64,000 nucleotides of DNA from an uncultured Bdellovibrio sp. (GTDB taxonomy: Bacteria; Bdellovibrionota; Bdellovibrionia; Bdellovibrionales; Bdellovibrionaceae), in the NCBI GenBank assembly GCA_963932905.1, contig CAWVRN010000010.1, positions 54,809-118,808 on the forward strand. The letters are read 5' to 3'. A program made the position numbers and the translations under genes. The notes beneath the pieces were generated by a model. The model was not told the DNA's origin. It did no database searches and saw nothing but the letters and a program-made list of their open reading frames with translations. Shown one piece after another: positions 1 to 9,290 of the stretch. Positions within the stretch are counted from its first letter, which is position 1. Each line of letters opens with the position of its first letter.

Positions 1-2032
1 TCTAAAATACAAAACCCCAGATGCCACCGCTCATGGCCCAGTCAACTTAACTATGTCGACGTCATTTGTACTGACTAATTTAGTTCCGTCAATTTCAACC
101 GCATCATGGAAATTAAAACTAGACGATTGCACGCTGGCGTATAAAGATATGTTTTTAAAAGAAGCTGGCATTACATTGTCTTCTGAAGGCACTATATCCT
201 ATATTACGAACTTGAATATCGATCGTTTCAAACTTCAGTTCCACAGCTTGGATATTTCCGCTAAGGGTTTCGCTAGCTATGATCGTTCGTCCGACATCTC
301 GTTTAATATTAAGCCATTTAAACTGCAAGATTTTAAAAAATTCCTGCCTAACAATAGAGATCACGATATTTCTGGTGATGTGGAAGTTGACGCCCAGATA
401 AAAGGATTTTTAACTCAACCAAAAAATTTGTCTGCTAATATTAAAAAACTTCAAGCCAGCAATATAAAATACTTTCTTAAGTATAAAAACGATCAAGTTT
501 CGCTAGAAGGGCCGGTTTCGCTAAATTTATTTGGCGTTCTATCATTAGAAAGCGCGCAAGTTTTAAAAGGTTCAATTACGGGCAATAGTGATTTAACCGG
601 ATTGGTTGTAACGCAAGATAAACAGATACGGAAAACCAATACAGATATGTTTAAAATTAACTGGTCCATTCAAGCGCAAAATGGACGCTTAAACATTGAA
701 AAGTTAAGCGTGAACACGTTCTTATCATCATTTGTACTGAGTGGCCGACCGCCCATGGGACTAGATGACAACTTTGATTTGAAATTAAATTTAGAAAATT
801 TAAATTGGAAGAAAGCCAAAACCTATCTACCACCAAATGAATGGTTAAATACCGTTGCGGATATGACGAACAAAGGGACTCTTCAAATTCAAGGCAAGTT
901 AGATCCATTTGAAATTCAGCACTCTAAATGGTCGTTAAATACTGAACTAGAAACGAATATCACAGGCTTGGCTATGCCATTCAATTTCCACTTATCAAAC
1001 ACCCCGGCACCAGGTAATTCAGCACCCGAGGCTCCACTGACTACCGCGCCCGCATTTATTAAAAATAAAACTCTTTTAAAAACAGTTCGTTGGAATCACA
1101 AAGTAAATATCCAGAAAGTCACATTCAAAGATTCTACTGCCCAGTTTCAAAATATCTCTTTAAACGCCAACTTAAATGATAGCAAACTAACTATGGCAGG
1201 AGAGATCGGTCACATCTTCAATGGTAAAATGGCATTCTCTGATGTGATAGTTCCGCTGGTTGAACCGGATCCAAAAATTAACTTTAAAATGACGTCCTCG
1301 AACCTTTCCTTTTCGCCTTTAGTGGAATTCGTTCTACCCCAGTATAAAGAATTAATCACAGGCGTAAGCAGTTTTAACGTGGACGGGAAAACTAAAATAC
1401 CAGGAACGCTTAATTTTAAAAAAGACCTTGTGGCAAAAGGAAATTTCGTTATCCCCGTCTCTGAACTTCAGACTTTGAAAATCATCAACGAAGTTAAACA
1501 GCAATTCTCGGCCATCAAAGATTTTGGCGTACCATCGATGGTTCCAGTTAAAAATTTAGGTGCTGCGACTAAGTCCGAATTTGAAATCAAGAATTTGGCA
1601 TTACAATTAAACAAATTCAACGCCACTATCCCTGGCGGTGACGAACTAAATTTAGATGGCCTAGTTAAGTTTGATTTAGACAGTAAAATAAATGCCGTTT
1701 TAAAACTAGTTAATCTGCCCGTTCATGGTGACTTCATGTTAGCCAATAAAAGCCAATCTGGTGGTCTTGAAATTCCAATAACGATCGAAGGCAACCTAAT
1801 GAAGCCAAAGTGGAGCTTTGCAGGAAACACGATCCAGAAAATGACACAAAACTTTATCGAGTATCAAAAAAATAAAGTAAGACAACAGGTCGACAGGAAA
1901 GTCGCCGAGGTCAAAGACCAAGCACAAGCCGAAGTGGAAAAGAAAAAGAAAGAAGCTGAACTGGAAATCGAAAAAAAGAAAAAAGAACTAGAAAATGAAG
2001 CCATGAAAAAGCTGAATGGTCTATTCAAATAA
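1..2032 (+). CDS. AsmA-like (repeating beta-groove) family protein, 5'-truncated by window edge
   Basis: Frame is open from position 2 (LKYKTPDATAHGPVNLTM...). Beta-rich sequence, C-terminal LEIPITIEGNLMKPKW motif and a charged coiled-coil tail typical of AsmA-like proteins. Confidence 0.7.
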   Translation, partial: LKYKTPDATAHGPVNLTMSTSFVLTNLVPSISTASWKLKLDDCTLAYKDMFLKEAGITLSSEGTISYITNLNIDRFKLQFHSLDISAKGFASYDRSSDISFNIKPFKLQDFKKFLPNNRDHDISGDVEVDAQIKGFLTQPKNLSANIKKLQASNIKYFLKYKNDQVSLEGPVSLNLFGVLSLESAQVLKGSITGNSDLTGLVVTQDKQIRKTNTDMFKINWSIQAQNGRLNIEKLSVNTFLSSFVLSGRPPMGLDDNFDLKLNLENLNWKKAKTYLPPNEWLNTVADMTNKGTLQIQGKLDPFEIQHSKWSLNTELETNITGLAMPFNFHLSNTPAPGNSAPEAPLTTAPAFIKNKTLLKTVRWNHKVNIQKVTFKDSTAQFQNISLNANLNDSKLTMAGEIGHIFNGKMAFSDVIVPLVEPDPKINFKMTSSNLSFSPLVEFVLPQYKELITGVSSFNVDGKTKIPGTLNFKKDLVAKGNFVIPVSELQTLKIINEVKQQFSAIKDFGVPSMVPVKNLGAATKSEFEIKNLALQLNKFNATIPGGDELNLDGLVKFDLDSKINAVLKLVNLPVHGDFMLANKSQSGGLEIPITIEGNLMKPKWSFAGNTIQKMTQNFIEYQKNKVRQQVDRKVAEVKDQAQAEVEKKKKEAELEIEKKKKELENEAMKKLNGLFK

Positions 2033-2044
2033 GGCTACTTCATT

Positions 2045-2416
2045 CTACTTTGTTAAAGAATTTTTCAATTTAGTATCTTGCATCCGCATGTATTTTTCAC
2101 CCCACTGAGCCATTTGTTCAAGAATATCTACCAAGGATTGCCCTTGCTTAGACAGTTGATATTCGACACGAGGTGGAATTTCTGGATAAGCTTTACGAGT
2201 AATCAATTGATCTTCTTCGAGTTCGCGCAATTGCATCGTCAATACTCGTTCTGTTACGCCTACAACAAGACGTTTCAGTTCTCCAAAACGTTTTTTCTCT
2301 TTTAACAAATGAAAAAGAATTGTTGGCTTCCACTTTCCACCAATCAATGCGACTGTCACATCAACAGAGCATTGGTATTTTCCTTGTTTTGCCTTTTTAG
2401 CCAAGCTTATCTCCAT
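2045..2416 (-). CDS. HxlR family winged-helix transcriptional regulator
   Basis: CSVDVTVALIGGKWK...RFGELKR...LTMQLRELEED...YPEIPPRVEYQLS matches the HxlR pattern. Confidence 0.93.
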   Translation of the reverse strand: MEISLAKKAKQGKYQCSVDVTVALIGGKWKPTILFHLLKEKKRFGELKRLVVGVTERVLTMQLRELEEDQLITRKAYPEIPPRVEYQLSKQGQSLVDILEQMAQWGEKYMRMQDTKLKNSLTK

Positions 2417-2579
2417 TTCGAAGCGGAATTAAATTAAACAATGCAACACGAATATTCTATCGCCAAAAGTTCCACCAAAGCAATTTATTCCATTACTATC
2501 CTTTTTAATACCACCGGTTAAATTTGTGCGTACTTTTTTTATACCAACCTAGAGGTATTCTAATTTTCAAGGAGATATT

Positions 2580-3053
2580 ATGAATCAAAATCAAATGTAC
2601 ACAGCAACCCCAGCTATTTTGCGAAGCAGTTTTATGGCTCTAATGATTATGTTAGTTAACTGTTCTGCCTTGGCGAAGACGAATACAATGAAACCAGAGG
2701 AAATCAATGCTCGCTTTGCTCAAGCCTTTAACTCCGGAAAAATGGAAAACATTTTGGCTCTTTACGAAAAAAATGCCGTAGTTCATTCTTCTGCTACTCA
2801 AGCGGATCAAGGACATCAAAAAATTGCGGCCGGACTAAAACCTCTTCTGGCTTTAGGAGGACAAATGCAAGCCACGAATGTTTTTGTATCGCAATCAGGC
2901 GGCATAGCTCTTTTACGAGCGGACTGGAAATTAACCGGTGCGAAAAAAGAAGATGGTTCACCGTTAGAGCTTGGTGGAACAAGTATTGAGGTCGTGCGCC
3001 AACAACCAAACGGCACGTGGCTGTATGTGATCGACCAACCTTTTGGAAAATAG
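2580..3053 (+). CDS. NTF2/SnoaL-like (YybH/DUF4440-type) protein, possible signal peptide
   Basis: FAQAFNSG...LALYEKNAV...EVVRQQPNGTWLYVIDQPF; AAGGAG SD upstream; divergent from the HxlR regulator. Confidence 0.8.
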   Translation: MNQNQMYTATPAILRSSFMALMIMLVNCSALAKTNTMKPEEINARFAQAFNSGKMENILALYEKNAVVHSSATQADQGHQKIAAGLKPLLALGGQMQATNVFVSQSGGIALLRADWKLTGAKKEDGSPLELGGTSIEVVRQQPNGTWLYVIDQPFGK

Positions 3054-3060
3054 TTTTCTT

Positions 3061-3138
3061 AGCGCCTCGATAATATTCGAGGCGCTTGTCTAGACAACCT
3101 AAATAAAATCTTTAGGTTGTTAAACTCATCTAGACAGA
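3061..3138. terminator. Hairpins between convergent genes
   Basis: agcgcctcga-taatat-tcgaggcgct at 3061-3086, then acaacctaaa...tttaggttgt. Confidence 0.6.
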
Positions 3139-3166
3139 GCTGTGTCGACCAAAATCAAATCTAAGT

Positions 3167-4060
3167 CTATTCAAATAAGGCGATCAATTCAAAATCAAAC
3201 TTAGGTTTAACGTTGTCGGGCCATAAACTGAGAACGTAACCGCCGCCCCCACTACCCGTTGGCTTAACAGCCAAAGCGCCATGCTCTTTTAGAAAATTAA
3301 TATGCTTATCAACGGCACCTTCAGTTAAACCCCATTCTTTAAAGCACTCGTAGCCTTGATTTAAAATCGGAGCTAACTCAGAGGAATCTTTAATCGTGTT
3401 AGGGTTTGAAAATAATTTGATCGCATCCAAGGTTACCTGAATCATTTTATCATCCACACGTTTTCCTTTTTCGGGATCTGCTTTGATGAGTTCATTCACT
3501 TTAGTAACACAATCTTTAGTAATACCTTTTTGTCCCGTATGACTTAGGTACAAATTAAATGTGTTCCTAACTGATAGAGTTTCGATAATATTCGGACGTT
3601 TAAAAATCAAAGGTTTAGCATGTAAAACAACAGCAATATCCACACCGCTACTTTCACCATGAAAGATATTTTCAAGCTGTCTTGCAAATTCATAGATGTC
3701 GCTTTCCGCAACTAATCCCAAATAATGCAACCAGCGACTAAAAGCAACGCATAGGCTAGAACTTGTACCTATACCCGAACCCAACGGCAATTCGTTCCTA
3801 AATACAACTGTGCCGGTAAGTTTATTATTTTTTCGATTTAGTAGTTCAAGTGCTTTAGCAAGAACTCCAGGAAAAAGTTCTACAATGTCTGATGCATTTT
3901 CACCGGATGCGGTGACCGACAAAGGCGCTGACGAGGCCGTATATTCTAATTCTAATTTTTTAGTAAACAAGGGGAATACCAAAGCCGGCCCCCCACGTAG
4001 AACTGTATGTTCACCTGAAAAAATGGATTTTCCAAATGTCGTCGTTTTAAAACTAGACAC
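3167..4060 (-). CDS. mvk: Mevalonate kinase (GHMP family)
   Basis: GKSIFSGEH, PLGSGIGTSS, FHGESSGVD and KPTGSGGGG motifs; last gene of the mevalonate cluster. Confidence 0.88.
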   Translation of the reverse strand: MSSFKTTTFGKSIFSGEHTVLRGGPALVFPLFTKKLELEYTASSAPLSVTASGENASDIVELFPGVLAKALELLNRKNNKLTGTVVFRNELPLGSGIGTSSSLCVAFSRWLHYLGLVAESDIYEFARQLENIFHGESSGVDIAVVLHAKPLIFKRPNIIETLSVRNTFNLYLSHTGQKGITKDCVTKVNELIKADPEKGKRVDDKMIQVTLDAIKLFSNPNTIKDSSELAPILNQGYECFKEWGLTEGAVDKHINFLKEHGALAVKPTGSGGGGYVLSLWPDNVKPKFDFELIALFE

Positions 4061-5033
4061 GCACAGCTCCGGCGAAGTCCCACGAATTTATAAACTGACC
4101 CTTGGGAAATGCAGTCGCCAATCGTTCCAGATCGTTTCTATTTTCAGGCAAGGTCATCAAATGAATGTTATTACCCGCATCCATCGTAATTAACATTTTG
4201 TTTTTCAACTCAGTATTAATCGCCAGTAGTCGTTTTAACGTCAACATTGTGTCTTCGTTACGATAGCTAAAACTAGGAATGCTGGTTTCAAATAACTGAT
4301 GCATTTCTTCGAATTCATCGATCGCAAGATCACAAAATGCGGTCCAATCCTGACGTGAATTGGCCAGTTGAATTTTCTCTAGGCGTTCCTTTACACTCAC
4401 CAAACGTTTAGGGAACAAAGGACTTGTCGTCACACGCACATGGGCATCAGAAGAAGACACATCTTTTTTCCCCGAATCAAGCAACATCACTGTGTGATTT
4501 AGATTTGAAAACTTACCAGCCCAAGCTTGGGCGCCATCTGTTTCCCAAATAGCCCACGGTGAAAAGAAACTACGGCATGAAGAGCCCGAGCCCAAACGTG
4601 ATATCTTAGACAGGGTTTCAAGATGTGTGTTACCGCCCGGCTTAATTTTCTCTAGTTCCGTTGCCGCCGCCATCGTCAGCGCTGCAAAACTAGAACTCGA
4701 ACTAGCGATCCCACAATCTGAAGGAAAGTTATTTGCAGATTTAACTAAAAAACTTTGTGATACACCCCATATGTCTTTGATACGCGCCAAATGATTTAAA
4801 AATTTAGTTTTTCCTTTTTCACTTAGCTCAATTGATAGCAAGCCTTCACCGACTAACGGTTGCCATTGATCACGTACACCTGAAACAGGTTCTAACGTAA
4901 CAAACGATCGTAGATGTTCTAACGTATAAGATATAGACGCGTTCGTTGGTAAGTTCTGCTGAGCGCTGATCTTACCCATGTATTTGATAATAGCAATATT
5001 CGAAGGCGCTGAATAAACGTGTGGTTTTAACAT
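4053..5033 (-). CDS. mvaD: Diphosphomevalonate decarboxylase
   Basis: APSNIAIIKYMGK, NNFPSDCGIASSSS, SRLGSGSSCRS and TMDAGNNIH motifs. Start placed at ATG 5033. Confidence 0.93.
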   Translation of the reverse strand: MLKPHVYSAPSNIAIIKYMGKISAQQNLPTNASISYTLEHLRSFVTLEPVSGVRDQWQPLVGEGLLSIELSEKGKTKFLNHLARIKDIWGVSQSFLVKSANNFPSDCGIASSSSSFAALTMAAATELEKIKPGGNTHLETLSKISRLGSGSSCRSFFSPWAIWETDGAQAWAGKFSNLNHTVMLLDSGKKDVSSSDAHVRVTTSPLFPKRLVSVKERLEKIQLANSRQDWTAFCDLAIDEFEEMHQLFETSIPSFSYRNEDTMLTLKRLLAINTELKNKMLITMDAGNNIHLMTLPENRNDLERLATAFPKGQFINSWDFAGAVRV

Positions 5034-5962
5034 AACTGCACTCTGACTTCCTGTTCCCAAAGATCTTGACGATCGTAGGCTTCATTTAGGCCAAGCTCAT
5101 TCAAAATCGACTTAACTCGTTCCCCGTGTCCCTGCTTAAACGCCAAAAATAAAATATCGGCACCCAAAGCGCCGCAACCTTTAGCAAATACGATCTCTGA
5201 AAACCGATTTAATTTACTGAGTAATTCTTGAGTGTGAGGATGAACCAAGTCCAATGATTTTAAGCTATCATTCCAACCGTTCAATCCCTCTATAAATCCA
5301 TCGCTGTCTTTAGCATGCAAAGACACCATCATTTTGTCTGATAACTGCGACAAGCCTTTTAAAGAATCAGTATTTAGCTTTCCCAAATGTACATGAGTCG
5401 CAACCTTGAACCCCGTCGGTACAATATAGAATTCAAGCTCCGAGAACGGCCAAACCATACGTTGGTGATTAAACTGAACATCACCGTTCGTTGTGATTCG
5501 TTTAACTGTGCAGACAGCACCAATCAGCTGTGCCCACAAATCATAACCACTTGGCAATTGTGCCGGCAGCAAATCAGGATTTAATTGTCTATTCACGTCC
5601 TGATAGTCTTGCCAGATCGATTTATAAAATGAACTTTGAGAAAAAGTTGTATCAGCAGCCTCAGTTTGGCGTTTAAAAAAAGACAAACCAATAAACTGAG
5701 CCGTGCTGGCACCGAATCCACCGCGCCCATCATAGTGATCTTTAAAGGTTACTTTCCAAGACGAATAGAAGTCTTTGTTGTTTTGATAATACATTCCCGC
5801 TGGCGATTCAGGATGGAACGGACAAATTTGTTTTTCTGTCGAAGCTTCAAATTCCATATCAAAACCGGGCTTAGTCGTGATCAAGAATGCAGAACCGCCA
5901 ACAAGAGCGGCGTACTCTCCGAAACAAAATGTTTTTCCTGGAATTTGAAGGTGGTATTTCAA
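5027..5962 (-). CDS. Divergent GHMP kinase, probable phosphomevalonate kinase
   Basis: PGKTFCFGEY, GFGASTA, PSGYD and KGCGALGAD motifs; lies between mvaA and mvaD. Confidence 0.7.
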   Translation of the reverse strand: MKYHLQIPGKTFCFGEYAALVGGSAFLITTKPGFDMEFEASTEKQICPFHPESPAGMYYQNNKDFYSSWKVTFKDHYDGRGGFGASTAQFIGLSFFKRQTEAADTTFSQSSFYKSIWQDYQDVNRQLNPDLLPAQLPSGYDLWAQLIGAVCTVKRITTNGDVQFNHQRMVWPFSELEFYIVPTGFKVATHVHLGKLNTDSLKGLSQLSDKMMVSLHAKDSDGFIEGLNGWNDSLKSLDLVHPHTQELLSKLNRFSEIVFAKGCGALGADILFLAFKQGHGERVKSILNELGLNEAYDRQDLWEQEVRVQLC

Positions 5963-5978
5963 ATCATCCTACTAACAG

Positions 5979-7295
5979 CTACTGCGGCGATGACGTGCGC
6001 ATCTCTCGGAGCGCTTCGACAGCGTTGGACATAGTTATACGTTTTTTAGAGACCAAAATTTCTTCTAGTTTCTTTTGCAAAATAGGAATTTCTAAATCCG
6101 TAGCACCCGCGCCCAACGACAAATTTTTTATATGAAGTTTCATATGTCCTTCAATAATACCAACTGTAGTTAGAGCTCTTAGCGCACCAAGATTTTGAGT
6201 TAGACCAACTGCACCGCAAATACGACTTAGATCATTTGAAGTTTCAACATCTAAAATCCTTAACGCTAGTTTAGAAGTCGGATGTAATCGAGTCACACCG
6301 CCAACAGTGCCCAATATAATAGGGGCCTTTAATTCCCCGCTTAGAACACCTTGGCTGTATCTCCATTTTGAAAGGGATGTGTAGTGACCAAAACGTGCTG
6401 TATAGGCATGCATACCCGCTTCAACAGCGCGCCAATCATTGCCGGTCGCGATCACGATTGGGTCAACACCATTTAGGATACCTTTGTTATTGGTCGCTGC
6501 ACGGTAAGGATCAAGCTCTGCAAACAAGCTGGCTTCTTCGATTTTTTCACCCAGTTCTTGATCGACTTTGATGTTAATATTTACCTGAGTTAATTTAGAA
6601 TCCACCAAATTTGAAAGAATACACATAGTGACTTTCTCACCCGTCGTTTCTTCAATTGGTTTCTTTAAGTATTCACAAACTTGATTAATTAAATTTGCAC
6701 CCATAGCTTCACAAGGGTCCATGTACACATGAATGATACCCATGAATAAACCATCCGGACGTGCTAATTTCCTAACTTGGATATCCCGTACACCGCCACC
6801 ACGAGATACCAGCGATGCCACCGCATCACGATTGGCAGAAGAAATAAATTTTTCTTTATTTTTCACAATAGTCGCTTCAAAACGCGCAAAATCTTTTACT
6901 TTAGCTAACTGAATTTGTCCGATGATTTCAGAACCAGTCACTTTGGTTTTAATCTCGCCATTTTCTTTGACCCATTTAGCCGACTTGCTAGCCGCTGCGA
7001 TGATAGAAGTTTCTTCAACAGCCATTGGAATCAAACGATCGACGCCATCAATACGGAAATGGGTAGCTACGCCCAGAGGCAATTGGAAATAACCAATCGC
7101 ATTTTCAATGAAGTTTTCACCTAGCGAAATATCTTTGATTCCGCCCGTAGAAAGAAATGTGATGTCTTCATCTTGAACGAAACCCATTTCGCGCAAACGA
7201 AACAGACGTTCTTGATAATCTAACTTAGAAAATCCACCGAACAGTTTATCTAAGTTAACCCCAGAGCTTTGATTTTTATCTAACTCATTTGACAT
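5979..7295 (-). CDS. mvaA: Class II hydroxymethylglutaryl-CoA reductase
   Basis: ENAIG, PMAVEETSIIAAAS, EAMGAN, NKGILNG, GNDWRAVEAG and GHMKLH motifs. Confidence 0.95.
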   Translation of the reverse strand: MSNELDKNQSSGVNLDKLFGGFSKLDYQERLFRLREMGFVQDEDITFLSTGGIKDISLGENFIENAIGYFQLPLGVATHFRIDGVDRLIPMAVEETSIIAAASKSAKWVKENGEIKTKVTGSEIIGQIQLAKVKDFARFEATIVKNKEKFISSANRDAVASLVSRGGGVRDIQVRKLARPDGLFMGIIHVYMDPCEAMGANLINQVCEYLKKPIEETTGEKVTMCILSNLVDSKLTQVNINIKVDQELGEKIEEASLFAELDPYRAATNNKGILNGVDPIVIATGNDWRAVEAGMHAYTARFGHYTSLSKWRYSQGVLSGELKAPIILGTVGGVTRLHPTSKLALRILDVETSNDLSRICGAVGLTQNLGALRALTTVGIIEGHMKLHIKNLSLGAGATDLEIPILQKKLEEILVSKKRITMSNAVEALREMRTSSPQ

Positions 7296-8403
7296 AAAAT
7301 GCCTTACTTTTCCTAAACGATTCTACATCGGAGTACCCACAACAGAACATGGCAATCTTAAGTTCTCGGTATGTTTTATCAAAAAAACTAAACAGATTAT
7401 CTGGACTTAGTTTTTTCTTTTTCATATCGATGACTAAACTATTCAACCAAGGTTGAGCCATTCCGACTAGATGTGATCCCAATGCTAACATTTTAGCAGT
7501 ATCAAGGCCGCTACGGACACCCCCGCTACCCCAAAACTGATAAGAAACACTGTCCTTATCGTGGAAATCCACCCACTCCGTTATATCATAACCCCAGTCA
7601 GAAAACACAAATCCTGTATCTAATTCTAAAGATTTTTTTGGGTACCGAAGAGCTTCAATTCTAGCCCAATTGGTTCCACCCTGCCCTGAAAAATCTACTG
7701 CATAGATTCCAGTCTGATTAAGACGTACCAAGTCCTTTTGGGAAAACCCAAAACCGACTTCTTTGACTATGACGGGAACAGCCAGCTCAGAGGTTAATTT
7801 CTCGATCGTTTTTAGGCCATTTTTAAACTGAGGGGTACCTTCTTTTTGAATACATTCCTGAAGAGCATTACAGTGAATGATTAAACCCGCCGCTTCGATA
7901 TTATCGGTAATACGTTTCACCTGATCGATCGGAGTTGTGATCAATTGGCTAAGACCTAAATTCGAGAGCAAAATCGCTTTGGGATATTTCTTACGAAGAC
8001 GTTTCCATTCATTCAGCGCTTTATCATCGGTAAGTTCCTTACGCTGCGAACCCACGCCCATGATAATTTGTTTTTCCTGGCAAAGTAGAGCAAACGCTTC
8101 ATTGATCGGTTCACCCAGAGCCGTTCCCGACGTCATAGAGCTAATAAAAAAAGGCGCTGATAATTTACGTCCGTTAAATTCAGACGAAAGGTCTACCTCA
8201 TCGAAATTAATTTCTGGAAATGCCGTCGCTTTCAAAGAAACGCGATCCAGGAATCGATTGTAAGTAGTTTGAGTGACGTTATCTAAAGATAAAGAAAGAT
8301 GATCGGCTTTACGAGAATCAAACGAAGGATCATGTGATGATTTTTTTAAAGACTTTTTTTTGAGAGACTTAGAGGCAGTTTTTTTCGGCGTGCTTTTTTT
8401 CAA
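7285..8403 (-). CDS. fni: Type 2 (FMN-dependent) isopentenyl-diphosphate delta-isomerase
   Basis: RKADHL, ISSMTSG, GVGSQR, NALQECIQKEG, VKEVGFG, GGTNW and SGGVRSGLD motifs. TTG start. Confidence 0.93.
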   Translation of the reverse strand: MKKSTPKKTASKSLKKKSLKKSSHDPSFDSRKADHLSLSLDNVTQTTYNRFLDRVSLKATAFPEINFDEVDLSSEFNGRKLSAPFFISSMTSGTALGEPINEAFALLCQEKQIIMGVGSQRKELTDDKALNEWKRLRKKYPKAILLSNLGLSQLITTPIDQVKRITDNIEAAGLIIHCNALQECIQKEGTPQFKNGLKTIEKLTSELAVPVIVKEVGFGFSQKDLVRLNQTGIYAVDFSGQGGTNWARIEALRYPKKSLELDTGFVFSDWGYDITEWVDFHDKDSVSYQFWGSGGVRSGLDTAKMLALGSHLVGMAQPWLNSLVIDMKKKKLSPDNLFSFFDKTYRELKIAMFCCGYSDVESFRKSKAFYVK

Positions 8404-8419
8404 AATTTATCCCCAAAAT

Positions 8420-8448
8420 AAAAAAGGATCTTCGAAGAAGATCCTTTT
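8420..8448 (-). terminator. Intrinsic terminator after rplT
   Basis: aaaaggatcttc-gaa-gaagatcctttt hairpin with a U tract on the minus strand. Confidence 0.75.
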
Positions 8449-8492
8449 GAAATTTCCGTTCTTGTCTTCTTTAACCACCCAACCAAGGGCGA

Positions 8493-8599
8493 TTAAAAAG
8501 GTCAAGATCGAGGCCGCACAAGGAAGGGCAACCGGAGGGCTAGCAGCGCTAGCTCGTAGGGCGCCCGCCCGCGGAGAACGAAGAGCTTGGCCTTTTTAA
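8493..8599. repeat. GC-rich structured palindromic element (REP/MITE-like)
   Basis: Outer arms ttaaaaaggtcaag / cttggcctttttaa; inner gggctagc-agc-gctagctc hairpin; GC well above background. Confidence 0.55.
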
Positions 8600-8614
8600 G
8601 CGACCGCTCTGGGA

Positions 8615-8962
8615 CTACTTCATCGCAAATGCGCAAAGTTTTGCGAATCCAGCTGCATCATTCAATGCCATTTCCGCTAGATTTTTACGGTTCACTTCTA
8701 CACCCGCTTTGATTAATCCACCAATTAAACGAGAGTATGTAGTTCCATTCAAACGCGCACCTGCATTGATACGTTGATTCCAAAGCGTACGGAAGTGACG
8801 CTTGTTCATCTTACGACCTTTGAACATGTACGCCATCGCACGGTCTACTTTTTCAGTAGCGTGGATGAATGCACGAGAGCCAGCTGAGTAAAAGCCTTTT
8901 GCTCTTTTTAATACCTTTTTGTGTCTTGCTTTATTTGTTTTACCTGATTTTACGCGTGGCAT
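8615..8962 (-). CDS. rplT: 50S ribosomal protein L20
   Basis: MPRVKSG...RHKKVLKRAKGF...FRTLWNQRINAG. Confidence 0.98.
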   Translation of the reverse strand: MPRVKSGKTNKARHKKVLKRAKGFYSAGSRAFIHATEKVDRAMAYMFKGRKMNKRHFRTLWNQRINAGARLNGTTYSRLIGGLIKAGVEVNRKNLAEMALNDAAGFAKLCAFAMK

Positions 8963-8971
8963 GTCGGCTCC

Positions 8972-9163
8972 TTAAAATACCAATGTTCGGCTTGTTTGGT
9001 ACATGTTAGCTGAATGAACATAAGTCACGTCGCCTAAATGTCGTTTTGTTTTTGATTTCATGTGAGAGTTCAAGTGGCGCATTCCAACTTGTTTACGCTT
9101 CACTTTACCGCTGGGAGTAAGACGCATGCGTTTCTTAGCTCCTGAGTGTGTTTTCTGTTTCAT
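8972..9163 (-). CDS. rpmI: 50S ribosomal protein L35
   Basis: [23 protein letters not shown]; immediately upstream of rplT. Confidence 0.97.
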   Translation of the reverse strand: MKQKTHSGAKKRMRLTPSGKVKRKQVGMRHLNSHMKSKTKRHLGDVTYVHSANMYQTSRTLVF

Positions 9164-9290
9164 TGTATACCTTTCTCAAACGAGGCGTCGTTTTTAAAAC
9201 AAAAACGATCTTTTGGGCCTGATTGGTGATCCCTGTTTCTAATAAAAGTGACAGGGATTGGCAAGGTAAAATTTCAGGAAAATGAAGGGT

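Noticed and set aside
8360..8599. 79 aa plus-strand ORF
   Set aside because: Runs through the fni start, the terminator and the palindromic element; not protein-like.
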